NCBI GenBank assembly: GCA_011109175.1
Contig: RDEW01000122.1
Span: 1 to 57,126, forward strand
Direction of reading: 5' to 3'
DNA from: Dicyema japonicum
Lineage: Eukaryota > Animalia > Dicyemida
DNA: 57,126 nucleotides
In this document: piece by piece, positions 23,671 to 34,443 of the stretch
Layout of the letters: every line of letters begins with the position of its first letter
How positions within the stretch are numbered: the stretch's first letter is position 1
Notes under the pieces: model-generated
Told to the model about the DNA's origin: nothing
What the model saw: only the letters and a program-made list of their open reading frames with translations
The model's database searches: none
Program-made: the position numbers and the translations under genes

Positions 23671-24632
23671 GTTACAATAAATTGTTTCCTATATTCTGAG
23701 AATATTGGTGCGTTGAAGTGTTTTCGCTGATTCTGGAAAAACTCTTCGTAAACTCGTATAGAAAGAGAAGATGACCATAAATATATTCACATGACGTTTA
23801 TATATTTTAGCAAGCGAGCAAACTAGAAACAGCAATTTGGCTGTTTATCAAATAAAGATCATAGAGATAAAATGCTATGATTAAAAATAATTTAACTTAA
23901 TTTAAAATTTAATAATTATATGATTCGTCATTATGCTCCGTATTACTTTGATTTGTATGAACAGCTATTTTATTTAATACTGGAAGAGATTTACTTAGCT
24001 TTGGAATATCCAGTTTTTGCTGTCGGAATAATAAATGTCTCTCTTTTCCTAGCAATAAGTCCATTTATATACGCCATTATGGGGATCCCTTCAGTTTAAT
24101 AGAATGAAAATTTGGGTTGACTCATTCTCTTGAATGGTTTAAAGAATGGGAATTTGTCATGGAGGGTAGGTATGTTTTTCCTTTGTTTGTGGAAAGCCAA
24201 AGGCAATGGATTGTTTTATATTTCTTTTGGGAATATAGGCTGTGTTTCATTAAGTGGTTCTTGATTTGAATTTTTGATTCCTAATGTATGTGGTCAGTTG
24301 GAGTATTATTTAGAAAGACGATAATTGTTCTTATGGAACAGTTTTGAGTCTTATTTTTTGAGGTTCGATATTGATAATCACGATAGGAACAACATAATTC
24401 ATCGTTGTTCTGCTAAATCGTATATAAATAATTATCAAGTTCTCTTTACTCTGCAACATGATGATCCGCCATGGCCCGGAGTAAGTTGAGGTTCTGAGAT
24501 TTTTCACATACATATGAGATATGTTTGTAAAAAAATTTAAAAAAATTATCAAATACCACACCTAGCATTTAAGATTTTTGATGACAAGAACGACTTAACA
24601 GAACTATATAAATTTAACTTAAAAACACAAAA

Positions 24633-26735
24633 TCAACGATTAACAAAAAAGTTACGAATTTTTATGAGGGCCTTGGGAAATGCATCAAGAACGCAGCTAT
24701 TTCTCCTCAACCAATCAGGAAGGTAGTTAAAAAGATAATTACTCCCATAGCGTTGATCCAAAGAACAACCACAGCAAGTCATCACGATGACGAATAGCCT
24801 ACTACAATGCTCTGATTCACCGTTCGCATACAAAAAGTCATCGAACAATCTCTCCACATATTCTTATTCAAATAGCCCAATCTATCAATCCAGTCTGGGA
24901 CTTTATGTTAGGAAAAGGTACTCACATGACACCACCAGTCGACACATTTCGTCTTTATAGTTACTCTCCTTACTTAATTTTTCTTAAATAACACAAAATA
25001 GCATTCCACTCTAGGTGGAAGATACAACAGAAGAATTTTCCTGCAGAACCTGGTCCACCTGGTTAGAACTTTTTGGTTCTCTGAAAAGAATTCGTTTTTT
25101 GTAAAAAAATCTGAGAATTTAGACCTCATAATCTCATGGCAGCGATTTTCAAACTTATAAGATGGAAAATAGGAGACAATCCCTCCAAGTGGGACAACCC
25201 GGGCTAAGTTGATCAATGCTCTGCAAACTTCTCGTATCTTTAACGGATCTGACTGAGCCACATAGTTCAGTTTCAGTTCAGTCTTGGAGGGACCAACAGG
25301 TAGCGTAAGCAGTAGTGAATTTCCAGGGTCACACACATGTCCACTGTAGTGCTCAACCAGAGGCTTATCTACAGACGTAGTCACAACATCAATAACGTCA
25401 TCACAAGGTCTCATTGTTCCTCCAGCAAGGACTAGAGATCGGGTTTTATTGGCCAAGTCAATTAGGTGAGTAGACGGGTTGAAAAGTGTATATTTAATGG
25501 AAACATTCGGAATCACCACAATACGGGCATCCTTGTAGGTGTCATAGTAAGATGGAATCCAAGAATCTGTCCACACTCTCATAACACGTGTCATCATGAC
25601 GAGACTTTATCTTTTGACTCACCATAGACTTCTCCATAAAAAACCAACTCACTGGGTTTCAAGGTCAAAAGCCCCGCAGCAAAGAAAAATTCGTTCATAG
25701 TGAAAACACACTCTTTCAAGTCATCTTTCTCCAAAAAACTGAACATGCGGTCTACAAAAAATGTCAAATTCTTCAAAGAAAGTAAATTTGCGGCCGAAAA
25801 ACGCTCATTATAGCGACTAATATATGGGAAAGTGCTTGTGAGTAGGAGAGGAGAGTGACACGTGTTAAGGCCGCGTTGTAAAGTGAACTGATAGAATCCA
25901 TCAGATTATGGCTTCATCAACAAGTACCACGTGGTCTGTTATCTCCAAATTGTAAGCCATACGGGTTTTCTCGTGGAAAATCACGGAATAGGGACAATCA
26001 CCAACTCAGCGTAATCAACACAAGTTTTTGCCGCATAAAAAGGACAGGACTGATTCTCACGTCCTTTGGTAACAATCCTCAATGTTCATAGGCCGAGACA
26101 TCACTGAGTCACACAAGAAATCAAATTTGGGAGATTTGTAAGGACAGCCGCTCTTTTTTATTAAATCGTGGCATTTTCTGTTGAGGCTGTCTGAAAAGGA
26201 GGAGTTAGTTATCCTCATTGATGCACAGCTGTTGCCGAGATCCCAGGGTCACTAACCTGATTTGCTGACTGAATTTGGTTTTTGAAATTCTCTGATTAAC
26301 TGAGAAAGTTGAGAATGTGTCCTGGAGCAGTAAAATACTCGGAGAATTGAAGGTTTAGAATCCTCGGGAAGTCTCTGCTTTTGTGAAGGATTTTGATTTG
26401 ATTTTTTGGATTTTTGAAAGAGAATCTTCAAATTCTTGTTTTTTTTTTTTTTAGAGAATAAATTGTTTCATTTTGGGATCCAGTCAATCTCGGGATTTTC
26501 TTGTTCGTGAGAAATTTTTCGTTGACTTTCCTGAGTTCCTCCGATGCCAATCCCTCTGTTGGATTAACCAAGTCAAGCTCCCACAAATAAGACTCAACGT
26601 TTTCCCGGTTCCTGTAGGGCTTTCAAAAATTCCGACAGCTCCAGAATCCAAGCATTTTTGCATGTCTTCCATAAACTGTGTTTGAATACTGTAAGGCTCG
26701 AATGGAAAGCTGAAGGGAAATTCATCAGACGGCAT
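24633..26735 (-). pseudogene. DDX11: DDX11/Chl1 Fe-S DEAH helicase, full length but frame-disrupted (pseudogene or assembly errors)
   Basis: [91 protein letters not shown] and LPDW all appear in order. About ten or more frameshifts and a few stops. No introns seen. Confidence 0.92.
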
Positions 26736-27824
26736 TTGCTAACGTCAATTAAAATTTTTTGCCGCTTGTTTTTTATTTAAATTTTTTAATCTAAATAATA
26801 AATCCTAAATTAAGTTTTTATCAAAAATTAATTGGAGAGAATAGACATCACCAATCTTTCGGTGGAAAAAAAGTTGGAGAACAAAACTTGCCAGTACAAA
26901 CATGGAAAAGATCAACTCCGCTCAATCCAGTATGACCAAAACAATCTATCAAATCACAGGATTACCAAAAAGGGCAACAAAAATAAGGTATTTCACCGCA
27001 AAAGACACAATACCTTGATCAGAAAGTATTGGAAATGTTTAGCTTTGATCTGTATTATGTTGATTTCAACTATGTGTGTTTAGCTGTGATCTGTATTGGC
27101 TGTTTTTTGAATTTATATATCTGTATTATTAAAGGGTATTAAAAAATTGATTTTTATGAAATAAAAGTAAAATAAGATAGTTTTACAAACCAAAGAAATA
27201 TACAACCTTATTTTCACCTTTGAAACCTTTCGGAAATGTTGGATGATTTAATAGAGAGGGGCATCAATGAAATCGAAAGTCAAAAACCCTTATGAACAGA
27301 ATTAGTTTTCACAGCTCTTGGGAATTGGCATCATTCACGGTTGATCTTAAAAACTTTTTCCAAGAGACGAGTTTTATAAGTGATTAGTTTTCTTAAAATG
27401 AGAAATAAAAACCAGAATGTGATTGAATTCATTCTCCTGGTGAAAGACATTGCCGGTTAATATAAAATTACTCATTTTAGATTCCAAAACTTTTTTGGAC
27501 TATAAAGCCCTTTAAAACATCAGGTCACCTCTCATTTACTTTTTTATCAATAAGATTGATAAATTTAGTACAGAAAGTACCTGGACAAACAAAATCACCA
27601 TGGTGCATGGTTTGGTATTGAGAGATAATTTCGCTATTAAGAAAGATTTTGGATTGTCATTGCAGTTCCTTTTACGGGTAGTGTTTAAATTTATTAAGGA
27701 CTTGGTATAGGAAACTTTAAGTCTTATTTGAGCGAACCTATTTGATACAACGCAATAATAACAAATCAATATGACGTACTTTTGAACTGTTCCAAAGCTA
27801 AAAATTATGTTCTTGACTCAATCA

Positions 27825-28760
27825 ATTATTTATTTATTAACCCCGGGATCACCGAAAAAGAATGACAAAAATAAAGTCAACTAGTTAGATGATCACCGTT
27901 CCCACAACCAAACGTGCCATCCGACCCTGTCGTTTCCATTGTTCCTACTTTCGAACGGAAATGTCTTCTTTGATCCTTGCAGAAAAAGCCGATTGGGGAA
28001 GGAAATTTCTTAGCCAACCGATTTTTTTTGCGTGGAACAGTGAGAGGTTAGTAGGTGTCCATCTTCCTCGCAAATGCGGAGAAATCCGGAACCACATCTA
28101 CGAGTTGTTAATTCCGTCAACAGGGGAGGTATTTCTGTTTTACATTGTGGTCCCAGCATACGAATTGTTTTCCTTTTCAGTAAGTTAAGTTTTTGGATAG
28201 TGGTATCATAATGCGAATCTTCGCACAGCAGAAGCATATTCCACAGCCAGCGCGATTTTCTGTGGTATATAGTTCCGATTGCTTTATTCATATTCGCTGG
28301 GGTCTTCTGGATGAGGACACGTGTGAATTTCAATTTCTGTTGTCCTTTGGTGAAGAATTGATTTGCATGGTAGGTGAAATTAAGCAGCTGTCGTATGTCA
28401 CTCCCAGGATTGAGCGGTTCTTGTGACAGGTATCCGAGTATGTCCGATTAGATTTCTAGTTCTTATTTGGACTGCCGGTCGGAGGTGAATAAATGCATGT
28501 TGAGTTAGGAGCCGATACCGAGAGACGGTTAGCTATTAATCAATCGTGGATACAATCCACTTTTTCTGTGCGAGTGAGACTACTTCTGATGTCGAACTCT
28601 TTCTTGTTGCAATGATGACATCGTCAGCATTAGAAAGCAGTAGGAATTTTTTGTCAATGTCTGCTGGCAGGTCGTGGAGGAAAAGGTTGAATAGAGTGGG
28701 AAACAATGTGGAACCTTGGGCACTCCGTTTGGCAGTAAATGTGACCGTTATCTGAGGTGG
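27825..28760 (-). mobile_element. 5'-truncated Vingi-like LINE (diverged from subfamily A)
   Basis: AQGSTLFPTLFNLFLHDLP..LLSNADDVIIA. The 3' end TTCGG-TGATC-CCGGGGTTAATAAATAAATAA. Confidence 0.88.
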
Positions 28761-31700
28761 CCACAAATCTATATTTAGTTGGAAAATTGTCAATGGATAA
28801 AATTTACAATATAATAGATTAATAAATAAAGTAATTAAAATTTTATTAAATGAATTAAAATTAAAAGTATTTTTGTTGTTGTGGTACATAATAGCTATAG
28901 TGGAAAAAATAAGAGGTGATGAATTGGCCGGTCTATCTAACTGTAAAAAATAAAAAATGGATTTAGTATGTTAATAGTAATTAATCATAGATTGCACGAT
29001 AATCAAGCCTGCAAGGTCCAATAATGCAATTATCGGGTCATACACGTGCTATTTTGTGTGGGAGGTTTTCCCCAGTTGGTAATTTACATGCATCTGCTGT
29101 GATGGACGGAGTTATAAGTTTGTCAAGTCCTGCATTTAAGGATTATGGAATACTGTGAAGAATGCGAAATTTTTTATTCTATGGACATTTTTAAGATTTG
29201 GACATTTTTAAGATGTCTCGTATGTGTTTATTTTTATGTAAATTTTAAGATTTTCACATTTTTTATTTAATCTTGATTGATTGATACTTTTTTTTTTATT
29301 TTTTGGATATGCTATATTTATTATTTATTTATTTTATTTTAATAACCCCGGGAACACCGAGAAAGGAAAGACAAAAGAGTCAGACAGTTAGGTGATCCCA
29401 GTCCTCGCAATCACTTGTGCCATTCGACGTCTGTGATCCTCCATCGTCCCCACTACTTTCCGGAAGAGCCTTCTCTCGGTTTGCAGAGGAATCCGATCGG
29501 GGAGGGGAATTTCTTATCCAATCGGTTTTCTCTTGCCATGGGAAGGATTAGGCGAAGCGGATTTCCATCTTCCTCACAGAGGCGAAGAAATCCGGAGCCA
29601 CGACTACGGATCTTAGCTTCCATGAGTAGTGGGTCGACTGTTGATCCATTACGTGGGGAAAGCATACTGATTGTTTTCCGGTATATCGAGTTGATTCTTT
29701 GGACCAAAGACTCCGATAGCCCGAATCTCCATGCAACGGAGGCATACTCAATGGCAGGCGCGATTGTTTGTTGGTAGAGTGTAGAAACGGAAAAGTCCAT
29801 GTTCCTCGTGGTCCTCCGAACAAGGGCGCGTATAACGTTAACTTTCTGGAGGCCCCTGGTGATCATGTCTGTTGCGTGGGAGTTGAATTTGAGAAGGCTG
29901 TCGTACTTGACTCCAAGGACAATGGGGGACTTTGTCACTGGAATCCTAGTGGGACCAATGAAAAGACTCGGTTCATCCTTGGAACGACGGTCCGACGTGA
30001 ATGTGGAACAGATAGACTTGGTTGCAGAAATCGTTAGTCGATTGCCAGCAATCCAATCGTGGAGAATGTTCAATTTTGTCTGAGTTTTAAGGGATGCGAC
30101 TTGAGTCGAGCGGTTCCGTATTGCAATGACTACGTCGTCTGCGTAGGATAATAACAGGGAATCTTCGTCTCCATCATTAGGTAGGTCGTGTAGGAAAAGG
30201 TTGAATAGAATTGGTGAAAGTGGAGACCCCTGGGGTACCCCGTTCGGTAGTAATCGTGATCTAGATCTGAGATCACCACTGACTACTCTTCCACGTCTTC
30301 CAGACAAAAAGTTGGCCAGCCATAATTTCACATTCGGACGAATATTAGTAGAAAAATTTTTCCAACCAAGATTTTCCTCGAAACAGTGTCAAAGGCTTTG
30401 TTGATGTCAATAAGATTGTGCGTTTGTGAGGCGGAGGATGGGTGTTAAAACCGTCGGCAATGAACTGCGATAAAGTTGCCAAGTATGTAGCGGTGGACCT
30501 ACCGCGGAGGAAACCATGTTGAAATATAGGACGCGGAAGATACGGAATAATGACTGATAATACAAGTTTCTCCATAATTTTTGACAGTGTGCTGGTAACG
30601 GAAATAGGCCTGTAGGATGCAGGTTCTGTCTCTGGTTTCCCAGCCTTCAATATCGGTCTGATGATAGAATTCTTCCAAATCTTAGGAATAATATTATAGT
30701 TAATGGACAGATTGTATATATGCGTGAGGTAGCCAATTGCGTAGTGGCTTAGGTGTTTTAGGTGAATAGAAGATACTTTGTCAGGCCCGCACGCCCGTGA
30801 GCTCTTTAATCTGGTGATCACATCCAAGACTTGGTCATCTGTGAATAGTTCGTGATAAGGTTCCTTCTTCGGTTTATGGGCACGCACCTTAATGTCCAGG
30901 TGTTTCGAGAATGGTTTGAAGCTAATTCCAGCGTAATGTTTCATAAGGATGTTAGGATGTAGGTGGCATAAGTGTTCAGGAGAAGACTTTCCGGTTCCGT
31001 CTGCATCATCCAGCTCCGACTTGACTTGTTTAAGAGTTTTCCAGAAGTGTCGGGATGTACTTTTCCTGTCGAGGTGGTTAACTAGATGCTGCCATCTCTT
31101 GTCCTTGTGTTCTTTTATGCTCTGACAGATTCTTTTATTCAGTTGTCTGAGGGCTGTCAAAGACTTCATGTCCAACAGATGGCATCTCTTCAGCCGGTCT
31201 CTTTGTTTTATAAGACTTATTGTATAAGAGCTGAGGGTAGGAATAAACTTCTTGTATGACGATATAGGAATAAAAATATGGTCAGCTTTCTGAATGGCAG
31301 CGCTGATAATTTCTGCGGCCTCGTCAATAGAGCGTATTGGGAAGGATAATCTCCCGGCCAAGAATTTATCCACAAGGTTACTGAAACCAGACCAGTCAAC
31401 CTTCGTATAATCCTTGAATCTTTTTGATTCCGCCGACCGTCTCCTGTATCGTCGAAGACCTCTCAATTTTAGAAGGATTGGATTGTGGTCACTGGGGAAG
31501 CCGTAAAAGACGTTCCAGGAAATGAGTCCAGCCAGAGAAGGTGAGCATAACGTTAAGTCAGGGGATGTGCAGCTATCAGTCATCCTTAATGGGGTCCTCG
31601 TATGTGAGTTAGGGTTGTTCAGTATAATCAGGTCAGGAAGATAATTTGCAATGAGTTCTCCTCGGTTATCAGAGGATTGGGAAGTGAGCCAAACGGGATG

Positions 31701-32138
31701 TCGTGCATTAAGATCCCCACATAACAGTAGATTTTTCAATGTTGAAATGCGTGATAAATCAGGGGTGTAAGATGACGGACACGATCCTTGTGGAGGAATA
31801 TATATATTAGCCAAATGGATCCAAAAGGACGGGAATAACTCGATTTTGACAGTAATCTGCTCCAAAGTCTTGTCGGAGCCAAGAAGCTCCGAGGTTCGTT
31901 GGGTTGTATCCATAAAAAGAATATCGTTCTTTATAATAGTAAGTAGTCCTCCTCCGCGTCCTCCCTGACGATCTTTACGGATCACTGTGTATCCGGGAAA
32001 AGAGGGTGTTGGTATGGAGGGAGATAGCTTGGACTCCTGTATTAAAGCGAGGTCAGCCTCATTTTCGCGGAGGAGTGCCCGGAGTTCAAAGATTTTCTTC
32101 CTGATCCCATTCGTATTCAGTTGTAAAAAACCTCTCCA

Positions 32139-32162
32139 TGGACCAGGATTGGTTTCGACGTC
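32139..32162 (-). other. 2A-like ribosomal skip (StopGo) motif DVETNPG|P
   Basis: Codons GAC GTC GAA ACC AAT CCT GGT CCA, in frame with and directly before the APE domain. Fits D(V/I)ExNPGP. Confidence 0.9.
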
Positions 32163-32259
32163 CCCACATAGAGAATCAAAAGTCTGGATAAATGGGGACA
32201 CCAGAGAGGGTCGAAGACACAGGAGATGAAAGGACCACCAGACGGTGGGGAGAAGCTGT

Positions 32260-32320
32260 TGGCTCTTTTCGTTCCATTTTGGAATGGGTGAACACCGTTT
32301 CTGGTGAGCCACATGACACC
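32260..32320 (-). ncRNA. Candidate HDV-like nested pseudoknot at the LINE 5' end
   Basis: Order P1 GGTG(TC), P2 TGGCTC, P3 ACC, L3 AGAAAC, P3' GGT, P1' G(TT)CACC, CA, P4 TTCCA-AAA-TGGAA, CGAAAA, P2' GAGCCA. P2 covaries in the 6432 element. L3 and P1.1 are non-canonical. Confidence 0.35.
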
Positions 32321-32560
32321 ACGCTAACATTCGACCTGATATTGATGATATATGCAAAAACAATCCTATATACAGCCTCAACCAAAAAACTATGGGCATC
32401 TGGGATTTGGAGAGGACTACTCGAATTGCTAAAAAAAGGACATGTCAATTTAGTCAATTCCTGCGATCCTTGCGGAAATGAGATTGTACTGTTCTGGTGG
32501 AGACGACGAGAAATAAAGTATAATATATGTTGTATATCTCTAGATTTGGACATTCAGATA

Positions 32561-33253
32561 CACTCAATCCCATAAATGTTGACCCAATTCCTATAAATTT
32601 GTCCCAATTCCCATAAATGTTGACCCAATTCCCATAAATGTTGTCCCAATTCCCATAAATGATGTCCAAGTTATATAAATAATACACAAGTAAATCTATA
32701 TTTTAAAATTTTAATTTTTTAGATTTGTTATCAACTAATACAGATATGAGAAGTCGCAAGGTTTTATGAACGAAAGTCTATTTATCACTTCGATCAGTAA
32801 AAAGAGTTTGAATAGGTGTATACAAAAAGTGTTACAACATTTTATTTACCCCCTTATTCAACTGACTTGAACCCAATTGAAAACTTTTTTATTGTGTGAA
32901 ATCTCGCCTAAATGTAATTAGACCAAGAGTAACTGTAAGAGGAGAATTGCTAACAACTATCGGATTTTGTTATGAGTGGTCTCGAAACCGAGAATTTGTC
33001 CTCATATTACAGTTTTTGGGAAAGGGTAAATGGAATTAATAACAGATTAATTGAATAAAATACTTTTTTCCTAAATTATTTATTAGTATAATATATATAA
33101 CTTGGACATCATTTATGGGATTTGGGTCATCATTTATGGGAATTGGGACAACATTTATGGGAATTGGGACAACATTTATGGGAATTGGGACAACATTTAT
33201 GGGAATTGGGTCAACATTTATGGGAATTGGGTCAACATTTATGGGATTCAGTG
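32561..33253 (+). mobile_element. Internally deleted Tc1/mariner-IS630-type DNA transposon (693 bp) with long TIRs
   Basis: TA duplicated at 32559-60 and 33254-55. Termini CACTCAATCCC / GGGATTCAGTG. TIRs contain 21-bp tandem units. Internal YLPPYSTDLNPIENFF at 32843-32890 (third-D region of DDE_3). Confidence 0.9.
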
Positions 33254-33354
33254 TAAATGCAGTTAAATCTTTCAATTGCTGTCAAGATATGTCAGTTTTA
33301 GCGTCTTTTTGTTCAACCAGAACAAAAAGTCAATTCTGGAGAGACACTTTAATT

Positions 33355-33873
33355 CAGAGGTTGTCAAACGGTGTGCCGCGAGACAATTTCTAGTGTGCCG
33401 CCTGCCAAGAACAAATTTGAATAAATTTATATACATTTTTGACCTAATTAATTTAAAAAGATAAACAAATTAAAATAATCATTTTTTTATTATATATTAA
33501 ATGACATTTACATTAGAAATTGAAAAATATTTTTAGATACGAAATCCTTTTCTTGTGTCAGAATCAAACACAAAGAAAATGAAAACTTATTGCACTGTTT
33601 AATGATCGATCCTTAAAGTTAATGATGACGGAGTTAGACATTGGAGAATTTTGGATATATATTCGAAACATATATCCCAGTTTATCAAAACAAGAACTGA
33701 CCATAATTTTACAGTTTTCAACGACCTATTTATACGAAACAGGTTTTTCTACGCTGCATAATATGAAATATAACAAACGTGAAAGTTTGAGAAACATTGA
33801 TGCTGAAATGCGAGTGACTTTGTCAATCATTCGACCTGATATTGATGATATATGCAAAAACAATAATAATTAA
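33355..33873 (+). mobile_element. Buster/Charlie-type hAT relic: left terminus plus transposase dimerisation domain
   Basis: CAGAGGTTGTCAAACGGTGTGCCGCG terminus, preceded by the 8-mer CTTTAATT (TA at positions 4-5). ORF 33622-33873 reads FWI..YPSLSK..FSTTYLYETGFS..KYNKRESL..MRVTLSIIRPDID. Right TIR not found. Confidence 0.8.
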
Positions 33874-33877
33874 GATT

Positions 33878-33913
33878 TCGGCGGTGTCCACTTTGGATGG
33901 ATGGCAGTTTAAA
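33878..33913 (+). mobile_element. Extreme 3' tip of the CRE-like family seen at 681 and 12209
   Basis: TCGGCGGTGTCCACTTTGGATGGATGGCAGTTT is almost the exact reverse complement of 684-716. Confidence 0.65.
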
Positions 33914-34443
33914 ATATGCTTACTGGGATAAATTAACGAATTAACACTTAATAATTTTGTTCAAATAAATTTAGATAATTAAGATTTCACTTTTTTATTA
34001 ATAAAAATTTGGGTATTAAATTACCAATTTTAGTACTTAGTTTTACACATCTTAAAAATTTAATTTTTTATTTTTTAATGTGTGCCGTGGATTATTTTTT
34101 ACGATTAGCGAGAATTATTTTTTGAAAATCTCTGCTTTAATTCACATCATGTTAATTGTTCAAGATAATATCCAATGCACGAAAACTAGCTATGGAAGAA
34201 CTCCAAAAAAATTTTAAAATTAAAAGTTCACATTTAATTATTGGAAGCATTCTCCAGGACAACTAATATTGGAAGTTTCTGAAATTTTTATCAAAGGTTA
34301 TTTAATATTCGATTCAATAAACTTTAAAATGGCAATTTTTAGTTCGTTTTTTTAGTTACGTTTCATAAAAACAACAGTAAACAATGACTGTGTTAATAAG
34401 TTTAAAAATCATTTAAAATTAAGAGACATGGTGAATTCATTAA

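Larger units (their letters stand above)
29278..32327 (-). mobile_element. Near-full-length single-ORF Ingi/Vingi-like non-LTR retrotransposon (2A-APE-RT, no RNase H)
   Basis: APE: LQLNTNG, LIQESKL, NIYIPP, CGDLNARH, SPDLTL, SDHNPI. RT: GPDKVS, YRPISVTS, FQHGF, (D)INKAFD, GVPQGSPLSP, SYADD, LGVKYD. Frameshift near 30410. 3' stem-loop, then (TAAA)n and an A-rich tail. No TSD found. Confidence 0.95.
28957..33354 (+). pseudogene. SNRNP40: SNRNP40 (U5-40K WD40 protein) homologue split by three transposon insertions
   Basis: MDL|IAR*SSLQGPIMQLSGHTRAILCGRFSPVGNLHASAVMDGVI|RLWNT, with introns 28966-28990 (25 nt) and 29118-29140 (23 nt). FNLD ends at 29277. After the LINE: TILYTAST.KTMGIWDLERTTRIAK.KGHVNLVNSCDP..SGGDD.EIK|IW.I (32361-32558). 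After the Tc1 element: NAVKSFN..SVLA (33256-33354). Confidence 0.85.

Noticed and set aside
24955-24975. 21-nt intron GTAAGGAGAGTAACTATAAAG in DDX11
   Set aside because: It translates as KLSKESNYKD, colinear with the conserved KLSEGINFxD motif, so it is coding.
26832-27083. 83-aa ORF divergent from DDX11
   Set aside because: Short, starts at a non-ATG codon and has no recognisable motif.
29415-32229. Plus-strand ORFs overlapping the LINE, and similar ORFs opposite other TE fragments
   Set aside because: Antisense shadows of the RT/APE coding sequence with no independent motifs.
30345-32399. The 684-aa ORF N-terminus (from 32399) as the true LINE start
   Set aside because: Residues encoded above 32327 are antisense SNRNP40/hAT flank, and the segment up to 2A is probably out of frame because of a 1-nt loss.
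32328-33864. 37-nt direct repeat as a target-site duplication of a 1.46-kb insertion
   Set aside because: The second copy is native transposase sequence continuous with what precedes it, and the enclosed DNA is SNRNP40 plus two other elements, not one insert.
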